Assembly: GCA_027459745.1 (NCBI GenBank)
Contig: DAIDHL010000002.1
Location: forward strand, 9,113-73,112
Length of the DNA: 64,000 nt
Direction: 5' to 3'
DNA from: Candidatus Levyibacteriota bacterium
Lineage (GTDB): Bacteria; Patescibacteriota; Microgenomatia; Levybacterales; UBA12049
Part shown: positions 28,088 through 37,065 of the stretch, piece by piece
Layout of the letters: every line of letters begins with the position of its first letter
How positions within the stretch are numbered: position 1 is the first letter of the stretch
Notes under the pieces: generated by a model
Seen by the model: the letters and a program-made list of their open reading frames with translations, nothing else
The model's database searches: none
Told to the model about the DNA's origin: nothing
Program-made: the position numbers and the translations under genes

Positions 28088-28948
28088 ATGAAGCAAGTTA
28101 GCGTACGTGACGCACATAAAGAATTTACGGACTTCCTGCGTGAAAAAAAACATTCCAGTGCTACCATTTTAGCATACGGCAAAGACATCGATCAGTTAGC
28201 TAGTTTTCTCGGAGAAATGCAAAAACATCAAGTACATGAGATCAATAAGGATGATCTTCAAGCATTTCTCGCCAAGATGACAGAAAAAGGCTATACTCCC
28301 AAATCTGTATCTAGAAAATTAAATTCTACACGTACTTTTTATCGTTTTCTGAAAGTCAATGAATATATTACCGATGATCCTTCCCTCTTAGTTTCTCATC
28401 CACACTATGAGTTAGCCGCTCCCCGCATTTTAAAGCCAACTGAATATCGAGCCTTAAGAGATGCTTCCAAAAATGATCCGCGCATGTATGCCGTAATTGA
28501 GTTATTGTTGCAAACAGGCATTCGCATTGGAGAGTTAGCTATGTTGAAGTTAGAGGATATGCGTGATGATGGATTATTAATTAGACCTTTTGAGAAGCAC
28601 GAAGAACGCGTAGTTCCACTTAACAAACCAGCTCGTGAAGCCTTAAATCGTTATTTAAAAGTCCGCCCACAAGTAGAGAATAATCATATTTTTATTACAA
28701 AATCGGGTAAGCCTTTCTTGGTTCGCAATATCCGCACGGCAATTGAGCGCTATTTCCGTTTGGCGGGAATTGAAGATGCCAAAGTAAATGATTTGCGTCA
28801 TACATTCGTAGTTCATCACTTAAAACATGGTGTTTCTTTGGTTTTATTGTCTAAAATTCTTGGTCACAAGAGACTCTCTACTACTGAAAGATATTTAGAA
28901 TATGTTACAGATCGCGGTAAGGATACTTCTGTGTTAAGTGAACTTTAA
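28088..28948 (+). CDS. Tyrosine recombinase, XerC/XerD-like
   Basis: N-terminal core-binding (SAM-like) domain. Catalytic 'R...GIRIGEL', 'RHTFVVHHL', 'LGHKRLSTTERYLEY' (R-H-R-Y). Confidence 0.8.
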   Translation: MKQVSVRDAHKEFTDFLREKKHSSATILAYGKDIDQLASFLGEMQKHQVHEINKDDLQAFLAKMTEKGYTPKSVSRKLNSTRTFYRFLKVNEYITDDPSLLVSHPHYELAAPRILKPTEYRALRDASKNDPRMYAVIELLLQTGIRIGELAMLKLEDMRDDGLLIRPFEKHEERVVPLNKPAREALNRYLKVRPQVENNHIFITKSGKPFLVRNIRTAIERYFRLAGIEDAKVNDLRHTFVVHHLKHGVSLVLLSKILGHKRLSTTERYLEYVTDRGKDTSVLSEL

Positions 28949-29140
28949 TCCATAATCGTTTATAACGTTAAAAGTCATAATGTTATAAAGCAATTCTATT
29001 TTATAACTTTAAAAACTTTATAGACTTTATAACGAACCTCTGTTGCACCCCAAGGCTATTTCATAGTACAATTCTTCATTAGTAGTAAGGTTTAAGCGAA
29101 TTTCCCTTATTCCTGTCTACTATTACCTTTAAACTAACTT

Positions 29141-29225
29141 GGAGAGGTCGCATAGTGGTCGAGTGCAGCGGTTTACTAAACCGCCGATCCGCAAGGGTTC
29201 GGGGGTTCGAATCCCCCCCTCTCCG
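29141..29225 (+). tRNA. tRNA-Ser (type II). Anticodon reads ACT as folded
   Basis: GGAGAGG acceptor, G73 discriminator, long variable arm, T-arm GGGGG-TTCGAAT-CCCCC. Anticodon stem GCGGT/ACCGC with loop TTACTAA. Confidence 0.7.
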
Positions 29226-29240
29226 CTTTCACCCGCCGAA

Positions 29241-29289
29241 GCTACGTTCATGTACCTGAACGTAGCGAAGGAGGGCGTCATCCTCCTTC
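29241..29289 (+). terminator. Two consecutive perfect hairpins downstream of tRNA-Ser
   Basis: GCTACGTTCA-TGTACC-TGAACGTAGC (10-bp stem) immediately followed by GAAGGAGG-GCGTCAT-CCTCCTTC (8-bp stem). Confidence 0.45.
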
Positions 29290-29428
29290 AGTTCGGATTG
29301 GTTTGAGCGGACATTGTCCGATGAAAATCACTAGTGTGACATTAAACGTCTCGCCTTCATTCTACAATCTACCTCCTAGATCCTACTTATTTGACAACTT
29401 TCCCCGCTTACTCTACGATAAATTTAAT

Positions 29429-29980
29429 ATGCCCAAGAACTGTCTGGTATCCATTTTCGTCCTTACACTATTTATATCTATCTTAATTTTGGCCAAACCT
29501 ACGATGGCACTAGCTGACAACTGTACTAACATTTCCCCCTCTAGCGCTCCAAATTTATTTCAGATCAAACGTGCCAGTGCTTCGGCTCAACTTTTTTTCT
29601 CACCTTTGCCTACGGATCAAACCATTAGTGGATATACTATTTCCTATGGCTTTACCCCCGGGGATGAACGATATGCCACCTCTTTTGCCTATGGAAGTTC
29701 AACCGGTGTAGTTGCCTACACCATAAATAGTTTAGACTATAAAGAAGGCTATGTTTTCAAGGTCAGAGCGGATAATGGCTGTGCCCCAGGTCCCTGGAGT
29801 AATTATCGATCAGATGGCATTCATCCAGCCACTACAACCACTAATACAAAGGCTGGTTTGCCCGTCACTGGCAGTACCGATAATACAATTTATGCTTTGT
29901 ACGTTCTGGTTAGTTTGGTACTAGCTGGAAGCTTTATTTTCTTTAATCCCCACAAAATTTTGTTTAAAGTGAACAAATAA
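29429..29980 (+). CDS. LPXTG-anchored surface protein with FN3-like domain
   Basis: Signal peptide (MPKNCLVSIFVLTLFISILILAKPTMALA), Ig/FN3-like middle region, then C-terminal 'LPVTG' plus hydrophobic helix plus short tail. The ORF could start upstream at 29303. Confidence 0.55.
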   Translation: MPKNCLVSIFVLTLFISILILAKPTMALADNCTNISPSSAPNLFQIKRASASAQLFFSPLPTDQTISGYTISYGFTPGDERYATSFAYGSSTGVVAYTINSLDYKEGYVFKVRADNGCAPGPWSNYRSDGIHPATTTTNTKAGLPVTGSTDNTIYALYVLVSLVLAGSFIFFNPHKILFKVNK

Positions 29981-29997
29981 AGTAAAATATAGTCGCT

Positions 29998-31791
29998 ATG
30001 CAACGGTATTTACCTATTTTTAAGGCTTTTAGAGAGCCGCTGATCGTTTTGGGCACTATCTTGCTCTACGGCCTACTCTTTTTTTTCCAGGCGTATTTAT
30101 GGGCGCTAGGCCTTATCTTAATCGGTATATTGGTAGGAAGCTATCGGCTGTTTGCTGATCTCTACGAATCTTTGCGCAAAGGCCAGTATGCTTTGGATTA
30201 TATTGCCGCTTTGGCTATTCTAGTGTCCTTTATTACGGGCCAATTTCTGGTTTGTGCAGTTATCGCGTTGATGATCTCTACTGGCAGGAATCTGGAAGAT
30301 TATGGAGTCTCACAGGCCAAAAAATCACTTTCATTATTAGCTAAGCGTATACCCCAGGATGTAACACTTTATGAAAAGAATAAACCTGGAGAAAAAATAA
30401 GATTAAACAAAGTTACGGTAGGACAAAAAATTATTATCCGCAAAGGTGAAGTTATACCTTTGGATGGCAACTTGGAGTCCAACAATGGGCAACTTGATGA
30501 GTCGTCTCTCACTGGTGAGCCGTATTTCATTGATAAAATAAAAGGCGATATTATTCGCTCCGGAACACTTAATGTCGGTGAACCCATCGTTATTAACGTC
30601 ACGAAAGTGGAGAAAGATTCTACCTATCGCAAGATTATTGAAATGGTACAGGCTGCGCAAAATGAAAAAGCACCTCTAGTACGTTTAGCAGATAAATATA
30701 GTACCTATTTTACGCTTATTACTCTCGTCATTGCTGCCATTGGTTTTAATCTTTCTGGTGGGCTAACTGGAGCATTGGCGGTGTTGGTCATCGCTACTCC
30801 TTGCCCGTTGATACTAGCTACTCCCATTGCCTTACTCGGCGGTATGAATGCCGCAGCCAAACAACGTATTATTATCAAAAAACTATCCAGCTTAGAGAGC
30901 TTATCACGAGCCACAGCTATGGTTTTTGATAAAACAGGTACAATTACCATTGGTAAACCTCAAGTTACGAAAATAACTCTCAAAAATTCTGCCTATAAAA
31001 TTCCTGATTTACTCTCCATTGCTGCCGCCATCGAAAGAAATTCACTTCACCCTATTGCTAAAGCCATTGTTAATTATGCCACTGAGCAAAAAGCCAAACA
31101 GCTTACGGCTAGTGACGTCAAAGAAATCATTGGTAAAGGCATCAGTGCGAAGGTCAACAATCGACAATACGTACTTAATCGAGCCAAGAACAATACAACT
31201 GTAGGCATTGCGATAGATCTATTGGAAAACAATAAATTAATTGCGGTCATTTTGTTAGAGGATGAGATTAAGGAGTCTTCCCGTGTCAGTATCAAACAAT
31301 TAGCGAAAAAACTAGATTTATATATTTTTACCGGTGATAAACAATCTGAAGCCCAAAGAATTGCCAACATCCTTGATTCGACGGTCAAAGTGCAAGCTGA
31401 AATGACACCCGCAGATAAACAACAAGGAATTGAAAAACTGCAAGCAGAAGGAAAAGTGGTAGCCATGCTGGGAGATGGGATTAATGATGCTCCGGCTTTA
31501 GCTAAAGCTGACATCGGGATGGTATTTAGTAACGAAGAACAAACAGCCGCCTCAGAAGCTGCCGACATTGTTTTATTAGGTGGGAATTTTCAGCTCGCCC
31601 AAACTACCATTAACATTTCTAAAAAAACCGTGGCGATTGCTTTGCAAAGTATTCGTTGGGGCATTGGTCTAAGTATCTTGGGCATGATTATTGCCGCCTT
31701 TGGTTTTATTCCCCCTATTTTGGGTGCTGGTTTACAAGAAGCTATTGACGTAGCAGTTATCCTCAATGCTCTCCGCGCCAGCCGCAGCTGA
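29998..31791 (+). CDS. P1B-type (heavy-metal) P-type ATPase lacking N-terminal metal-binding domain
   Basis: 'TGEP' actuator motif, 'CPL' in TM6 (ATPCPLILATP), 'DKTGTIT' phosphorylation site, 'GDGINDAPALAKADIG' hinge. Confidence 0.8.
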   Translation: MQRYLPIFKAFREPLIVLGTILLYGLLFFFQAYLWALGLILIGILVGSYRLFADLYESLRKGQYALDYIAALAILVSFITGQFLVCAVIALMISTGRNLEDYGVSQAKKSLSLLAKRIPQDVTLYEKNKPGEKIRLNKVTVGQKIIIRKGEVIPLDGNLESNNGQLDESSLTGEPYFIDKIKGDIIRSGTLNVGEPIVINVTKVEKDSTYRKIIEMVQAAQNEKAPLVRLADKYSTYFTLITLVIAAIGFNLSGGLTGALAVLVIATPCPLILATPIALLGGMNAAAKQRIIIKKLSSLESLSRATAMVFDKTGTITIGKPQVTKITLKNSAYKIPDLLSIAAAIERNSLHPIAKAIVNYATEQKAKQLTASDVKEIIGKGISAKVNNRQYVLNRAKNNTTVGIAIDLLENNKLIAVILLEDEIKESSRVSIKQLAKKLDLYIFTGDKQSEAQRIANILDSTVKVQAEMTPADKQQGIEKLQAEGKVVAMLGDGINDAPALAKADIGMVFSNEEQTAASEAADIVLLGGNFQLAQTTINISKKTVAIALQSIRWGIGLSILGMIIAAFGFIPPILGAGLQEAIDVAVILNALRASRS

Positions 31792-32039
31792 ATTAGTTGA
31801 AAGTCCATAGAGTTTATAAAGTAATTTTGCTTTATGAACCTTATAACTAATTTCCTATTGACAAACAATTGGCACTAATGATATAACTATTGCTAGCACT
31901 GGGTTGAGATTGATTGCTAAATATACTATTCACCTATTGCTTGCGAAGTTTGTTAATTATTTTAAAGATGTATAAGTAAAATTGAGGTATCTTTCATTCT
32001 ACTTATACTTAATTCTAAACGAAAGGAGGCGAGAAATAA

Positions 32040-32456
32040 ATGGCATTTGATATTACACCACGTTCATTTTGGACATTTCCAACGATGCGTTCACTCATGG
32101 ATGAGGTAGACGACTTAGTCGTTTCCCCTACTTCCACCAGTGGATTGTCCGTATCTGAAGATGACCACAACGTTTATGTTAAAGCTGCCGTGCCAGGTAT
32201 TGATCCTAAAGATGTCGAAATAACTTTCGACAAGGGTGTACTCTGGATTAAAGCTGAGAGTAAACAAGAAGAAAAAGACGCCAAACAGAAAGTCTATAAA
32301 CAAATGGCAAGTTCTTTTTCTTATCGTGTCGTAGTTCCAGGTGAGTTAGATCAGGCCAAAGAACCTGAAGCTACTTACAAACATGGAATCATGACGGTTG
32401 CATTTGCAAAATTACCGCAAAGCCAGCCGAAAAAAATTGCAGTTAAGTCTGCTTAA
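32040..32456 (+). CDS. Hsp20/alpha-crystallin family small heat-shock protein
   Basis: Alpha-crystallin domain ('VYVKAAVPGIDPKDVEITFDKGVLWIKAE...HGIMTVAFAK'). Confidence 0.85.
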   Translation: MAFDITPRSFWTFPTMRSLMDEVDDLVVSPTSTSGLSVSEDDHNVYVKAAVPGIDPKDVEITFDKGVLWIKAESKQEEKDAKQKVYKQMASSFSYRVVVPGELDQAKEPEATYKHGIMTVAFAKLPQSQPKKIAVKSA

Positions 32457-32480
32457 AAGAGCAATGCTCCTAGAAGGTAA

Positions 32481-32510
32481 AAGAGGGCTCCACTTATGTG
32501 GAGCCCTCTT
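32481..32510. terminator. Bidirectional rho-independent terminator hairpin
   Basis: Perfect 13-bp stem AAGAGGGCTCCAC-TTAT-GTGGAGCCCTCTT flanked by T-rich runs. Lies between the sHSP gene (+) and tRNA-Ser (-). Confidence 0.7.
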
Positions 32511-32514
32511 ATTG

Positions 32515-32601
32515 CGGAGGAGGGGGGATTCGAACCCCCGGTCATCTCGCGACGACAAACGCTTTCCAAGCGTTCGCACTAGACCACTATGCGACCCCTC
32601 C
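32515..32601 (-). tRNA. tRNA-Ser (GGA)
   Basis: GGAGGGG acceptor, anticodon stem AACGC/GCGTT with loop TTGGAAA, long variable arm, T-arm GGGGG-TTCGAAT-CCCCC, G73. Confidence 0.8.
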
Positions 32602-32623
32602 AGGATAGTTAAAAGGCACCTTT

Positions 32624-33064
32624 CTACTTATTTAAATACTTTCTTGCTTCTTCCCACACCTTTTTATCAGCGGGGAAAGTTAAACGATTTTCTACTTCCT
32701 CTACTGGCAGCCATTCGACATTTTCCATCTCAAAATCATGTTTAGTAATATCTCCACCCACAAATTCCATGATAAAATAATAAACTGTTTTTTTAATCTT
32801 CTGTCCCTCAAAGTGATACCAGTATGTTTCCGGCGTCAATGATTGTAAAATCTTTCCTTTAGCGCCAGTTTCTTCTTCAACTTCTCTTAAAGCTGTTTCT
32901 TCTTTACTCTCCCCCTTTTTATGATCTCCAATCAATCCTTTAGGAAAGACCCAACCATGATGTTGTGAATGCTGTGCGACCAAAATAAGTATCTTATTTT
33001 GTCCTGAGCTTGTCGAAGGATCTTTTTTATACACCACACCGCCGGCAGAAAATTCGAATTTCAT
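32624..33064 (-). CDS. NUDIX hydrolase
   Basis: Nudix box 'GESKEETALREVEEETG'. Confidence 0.8.
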   Translation of the reverse strand: MKFEFSAGGVVYKKDPSTSSGQNKILILVAQHSQHHGWVFPKGLIGDHKKGESKEETALREVEEETGAKGKILQSLTPETYWYHFEGQKIKKTVYYFIMEFVGGDITKHDFEMENVEWLPVEEVENRLTFPADKKVWEEARKYLNK

Positions 33065-33162
33065 TGGAGCTTATTATAGCGCATTTTGCACAAGATGAGA
33101 ATTATTTCACAACTTATTTCGTAAATTTTGATTTTTGAAGTTTAAATTTTAAACTTAGGTAG

Positions 33163-33234
33163 TACCCCCGGCGGGAGTTGAACCCACATATTAGGATCCG
33201 GAATCCTATGGTCTATCCATTAGCCTACGAGGGC
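33163..33234 (-). tRNA. tRNA-Arg (CCG)
   Basis: GCCCTCG acceptor (two G-U pairs), anticodon stem TAGGA/TCCTA with loop TTCCGGA, T-arm GTGGG-TTCAACT-CCCGC. The D-stem has one mismatch. Confidence 0.6.
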
Positions 33235-33251
33235 AAAATTATTTTTATGAG

Positions 33252-33343
33252 TGGCGGAGAGGGGGAGATTCGGACTCCCGGTCAGGAAAAATCCCAACAG
33301 CGGTTTTCGAAACCACCGCACTAGACCACTATGCGACCTCTCC
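33252..33343 (-). tRNA. tRNA-Ser (CGA) with encoded CCA
   Basis: GGAGAGG acceptor, anticodon loop TTCGAAA, long variable arm, T-arm GGGAG-TCCGAAT-CTCCC, G73 then CCA. Confidence 0.85.
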
Positions 33344-33359
33344 CTATTATCTAATTTAG

Positions 33360-33433
33360 TACACCCGGGTGGATTCGAACCACTGACCTCAACGTCCGCA
33401 ACGTTGCGCTCTATCCAGCTGAGCTACGGGTGC
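33360..33433 (-). tRNA. tRNA-Arg with apparent GCG anticodon
   Basis: GCACCCG acceptor. D-arm GCTCAGCTGGATAGAGC is characteristic of tRNA-Arg(ACG). Anticodon stem CAACG/CGTTG with loop TTGCGGA. Confidence 0.65.
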
Positions 33434-33500
33434 ATATGGAAGGACAACACATATTTTAGCCTATAAAGAGTTCAGAGGCAAATGATAAAGCTCTAAGAAT

Positions 33501-34262
33501 CTATTTTGTGGTCGAGGGAACCTTATCCAGAGGAAAAGTGCGCGTAAGCCAATTCCCTGATTTTTCCATAAATGATAAAGGCACCACTTCACGATATGGC
33601 AAATAATTTATCAATAACGACTTGATATATTCTTTGGGGATGTCTCCCAAAAGTACTGTTATATCGCTTGCATATTCATCCTTGGTACGAATATGCAAGA
33701 TATCTTCCCCATTAATATGTTTGAAATAAAAATCATATAACTCTTGCCAGAGATAAAAATAATCATCAATAGCAATTCCTTCAGTGCTTATTCGATAATT
33801 GACGGTGTGAGGAGGTACTACGGCCAAGGCGAAAACCACAAATAGCATAGAAATAATTACAAGCATCAGAACATATTGAGAAAACAAAAATAACAATACT
33901 TCAAAAATCAGCACGATTAGAGATGCATTGATGTAATATTCCTTACCATGATTTCTAAATGGTCTACCATTGCCTTTCCAAGAAAGAAGAGTTTTGATGG
34001 GATGTGAAGCATAATCTGGGTCATAATCATCAGCAAAATAAGGATCGGTAGCGAGGTCATCATTTACAAACTGCTGTTCCTGATTATTGGTGTACATCTG
34101 CTCTGGCTGTTCGTTGGATTCAGTTGGTAATGCTTCGGGCGGGGGTAAGTTAGCCGAAGGTTGTTCCACCGGATTATCATAACTAGATGTTAAATCTGTA
34201 GGTGGCATTGGGTTGATCGGTTGATTAGAGGTCGACGGTACGACAGGATTCTCGTCTGGCAT
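33501..34262 (-). CDS. Hypothetical membrane protein with Pro/Gln-rich N-terminal region
   Basis: Low-complexity N-terminus and two central TM helices. Confidence 0.4.
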   Translation of the reverse strand: MPDENPVVPSTSNQPINPMPPTDLTSSYDNPVEQPSANLPPPEALPTESNEQPEQMYTNNQEQQFVNDDLATDPYFADDYDPDYASHPIKTLLSWKGNGRPFRNHGKEYYINASLIVLIFEVLLFLFSQYVLMLVIISMLFVVFALAVVPPHTVNYRISTEGIAIDDYFYLWQELYDFYFKHINGEDILHIRTKDEYASDITVLLGDIPKEYIKSLLINYLPYREVVPLSFMEKSGNWLTRTFPLDKVPSTTK

Positions 34263-34428
34263 AGCTCTATGCTACTCTAAATTCGTCTATCCAGTCAAGT
34301 TGTGGAAGTTTGCATCGTAAGGTAGATTCATAGTAAAATCTGGGGACTAGAGTCTGGAAAATCTAAGGTGGCTTATAAAGTTAAGATTAGACATGAAAGT
34401 TAAAACAATAAAATGTAAGGTTCAATTT

Positions 34429-34518
34429 GGAGAGGTCGCATAGTGGTCTAGTGCGGTGGTCTTGAAAACCACTGTGGGAGCAATCTCACCGCGAGTTCGA
34501 ATCTCGCCCTCTCCGCCA
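34429..34518 (+). tRNA. tRNA-Ser (TGA) with encoded CCA
   Basis: GGAGAGG acceptor, anticodon stem GTGGT/ACCAC with loop CTTGAAA, long variable arm, T-arm GCGAG-TTCGAAT-CTCGC, G73 plus CCA. Confidence 0.85.
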
Positions 34519-34569
34519 GATCGATTATTGACAAAAAGCACCAGGGAGAGTTAAATAATATAATCATCT

Positions 34570-34917
34570 ATGACCTTTACAGTTGGAAAACAAGAAAAAC
34601 ATACAGTAGCATTCGCTTATAGTACTTTTACAGGCTCAGCTAAAATTTTAGTTGATGGGAAAGAATATAGCTCATCAAGGATCATGATTGTAGGTCATAC
34701 ACCATTTAATCTGCGCGTAGGTGATAAAGAGAAACATAGTGTGCGTATTGAATTAGATAATCCTGTTGGTTTTGCATTTCGAGGCTCTCATGTTAAAGTT
34801 TTTGTTGATGACGACCTTGTACAGGAATCACATGTTGGCAATAGTATGCCAACGTTTATTGCAATAGCAGTTGTTATAATTTTTCTGTTCGTATATTTCA
34901 TGTTGTTTCTTCGCTAG
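34570..34917 (+). CDS. Hypothetical protein with C-terminal TM anchor
   Basis: 115-aa ORF ending in a hydrophobic helix. Confidence 0.35.
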   Translation: MTFTVGKQEKHTVAFAYSTFTGSAKILVDGKEYSSSRIMIVGHTPFNLRVGDKEKHSVRIELDNPVGFAFRGSHVKVFVDDDLVQESHVGNSMPTFIAIAVVIIFLFVYFMLFLR

Positions 34918-35008
34918 GTATTCCTAGGTTTACATAGCCTGCGTAGAGAAAAGTTCCAGGAATCTCATCCTTCCCTCGTTCACGTATAAGCATATGCTGA
35001 GTTGTTCT

Positions 35009-35065
35009 GATTATTCATAAGCATCTCTTCGTAATACGTTCCAACGTAGTCAATCAGCCCCCGCA
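35009..35065. repeat. Direct repeat copy 1 (perfect 34-bp core TAATACGTTCCAACGTAGTCAATCAGCCCCCGCA)
   Basis: Identical 34-mer plus about 20 bp of imperfect upstream match with 37066-37122. Overlaps the 3' end (...TCGG*) of the small minus-strand ORF. Confidence 0.7.
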
Positions 35066-35251
35066 GGTCAGGAAGTATCCATCAAGCTCTGACTCAAGAC
35101 ATGCTGATTCATAGTGTCCTTCTCCAGATGAGCACTTCAAATAAGTGTAGGATTTTTGAGTAGATTTATTGATCTGTTTAATAATTTGCTTCTGCGTTAG
35201 GGTGAATTGAGGTCTTTTCTTTGTAACTCGTTTAATCATTGGCATTGTCAT
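35054..35251 (-). CDS. Small hypothetical protein
   Basis: 65-aa ORF whose C-terminus and stop lie within direct repeat copy 1. Confidence 0.3.
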   Translation of the reverse strand: MTMPMIKRVTKKRPQFTLTQKQIIKQINKSTQKSYTYLKCSSGEGHYESACLESELDGYFLTCGG

Positions 35252-35427
35252 ATCAGTCTAAATGTTATGTTTGATTAGGTTAATATAACCGTAGCAGGAA
35301 CACTACCTAACCAAAATTTGGTGTTTCTGTAAGGATTGATACGAACGCTTATACGGATTTTTTTTGTGAGTATAAATTAATTTATACTCCGCATTGCAAT
35401 CCCAAACTAAATTAGAAATAATGATAC

Positions 35428-37035
35428 TTGATGAGGTTATTTGTTACATCACTATTCACACTTGCTGTTTTATCTTCATTTGTATACGTCGTAGTAATAC
35501 TATTTTTACTTTCTGGCGGAGCGATTAATCTTAGTCTTGCGATTGCATTAACTATTGGTATTAATATACTACTTTGGCTCATCGGTCCAAAAATAACAGA
35601 GTTGATGACTAAATGGTTCTACCATTGTAAATACTTATCAAAATCAGAAGTTGAACAATCTTATCCAGAAGTTGCAGAAATCATAAATCAAGTAGCCTCT
35701 ACATATCACTTCCCATCTCCTAAGGTAGGTATTATTCCTGATAAGAATCCTACAGCTTTCTCGTATGGTTCTGGTAGATTTAATGCAAGAATCGTTTTAA
35801 CAGACGGGATCTTCCAGTTCCTTTCACCACAAGAAGTTAAATCCGTAGTTGCGCATGAACTTGGACATATTAAGAACAGAGATTTTATTGTAATGATGAT
35901 TGCGAGTACCCTCGTGCAAGTTCTCTACGAAATCTATGCAGTATTTATTCGTACGAGAGGAAGAGGGTCAGGTAATCTCAAACTAATTGCCTTGGTAGCA
36001 TACGCTCTTTATATTGTTGGAACATATATATTACTTTTTTTAAGCAGAACGAGAGAGTATTTGGCTGATGAGTTCTCGTCGCAAGTAACCTCCTCTGAAG
36101 ATCTTGCAACCAGTCTGATAAAGATTGCGTATGGAATCGTTACAACTGTTGAAGATAGTGCGGATAAACACTTACTTCATAGTACAAGACATCTCGGTAT
36201 TATAGATATAGAACACGCAAAACAGATAGGCGTCGTTTCGTATGTTACCAACCATGACCACAATGTTTTAGCAGAAGTAATGGTGTTTGATAAAGTAAGT
36301 CCATGGGCGAAATTAGCAGAGTTGAATTCTACTCATCCTCTTACTGGTAAGCGAATCGAAAGATTGAGTAGGCTCTCAAAGAATCAAAGCAAGCCATTTG
36401 TATTTGATATTGAAGCAGCCAAAAATCGTCTACAAGTCAATAATTCTAAACTGTATGAGAACTTTCTGCTTGGAATCATAATCTATTTACTTCCATACGT
36501 GCTCAGTGTTGTCTTGATTCTCTTAGGGTCTATCATGTGGGCAGCGTTTGCATTTGTGGCTGGATTAATTATTCAGATTCTTTATAGATTTCCATCCACG
36601 AATACTATTGAGAGTAATATACTTGACGAAATGCGCAATCCATACGCTTCACCAATGAGAGGCAAACCAGTATTATTCTCTGGTTCTGTGATTGGACGAG
36701 GAGTGCCAGGGTATGTATTTAGTGCTGACATGATGTATCAGGATAAAACAGGTTTGATATTTATGGCTTATCATTCCTTTTTTGGATTTATTGGCAATCT
36801 ATTTTTTGCGCTGGGAAAAATTAAAACAGTATTTGGAGTACCAAGCACTGCTGAAGGATGGTTTTTTAGAGGTATGGAGTCTGCGCTTACTCTCAAATAT
36901 ATCAAAACTGATGAAGGAACTGTTAGAAGTCATCCTCTTTTATGGGCGTTCTTCTCGCCAATTGTTATTATGTTTGTGGTTATAATTATTGCTCTATATC
37001 TTTCTCTTCTGCTTCATATTCTTATCAACCATTAA
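35428..37035 (+). CDS. M48 family zinc metallopeptidase (HtpX-like) with long C-terminal membrane extension
   Basis: Multiple TM helices. 'HELGHIKNRD' HExxH zinc motif in HtpX context. About 535 aa versus about 290 for HtpX. Confidence 0.7.
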   Translation: MMRLFVTSLFTLAVLSSFVYVVVILFLLSGGAINLSLAIALTIGINILLWLIGPKITELMTKWFYHCKYLSKSEVEQSYPEVAEIINQVASTYHFPSPKVGIIPDKNPTAFSYGSGRFNARIVLTDGIFQFLSPQEVKSVVAHELGHIKNRDFIVMMIASTLVQVLYEIYAVFIRTRGRGSGNLKLIALVAYALYIVGTYILLFLSRTREYLADEFSSQVTSSEDLATSLIKIAYGIVTTVEDSADKHLLHSTRHLGIIDIEHAKQIGVVSYVTNHDHNVLAEVMVFDKVSPWAKLAELNSTHPLTGKRIERLSRLSKNQSKPFVFDIEAAKNRLQVNNSKLYENFLLGIIIYLLPYVLSVVLILLGSIMWAAFAFVAGLIIQILYRFPSTNTIESNILDEMRNPYASPMRGKPVLFSGSVIGRGVPGYVFSADMMYQDKTGLIFMAYHSFFGFIGNLFFALGKIKTVFGVPSTAEGWFFRGMESALTLKYIKTDEGTVRSHPLLWAFFSPIVIMFVVIIIALYLSLLLHILINH

Positions 37036-37065
37036 TTATTAATTAAATATAAGCGAAATTAGATT

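Noticed and set aside
28088-28948. Tyrosine recombinase as a phage or ICE integrase marking a mobile element
   Set aside because: At 286 aa it has an XerC/XerD-type N-terminal core-binding domain and a single-copy chromosomal context. Without flanking att repeats it is more likely the chromosomal dimer-resolution recombinase. It is kept only as a low-interest possibility.
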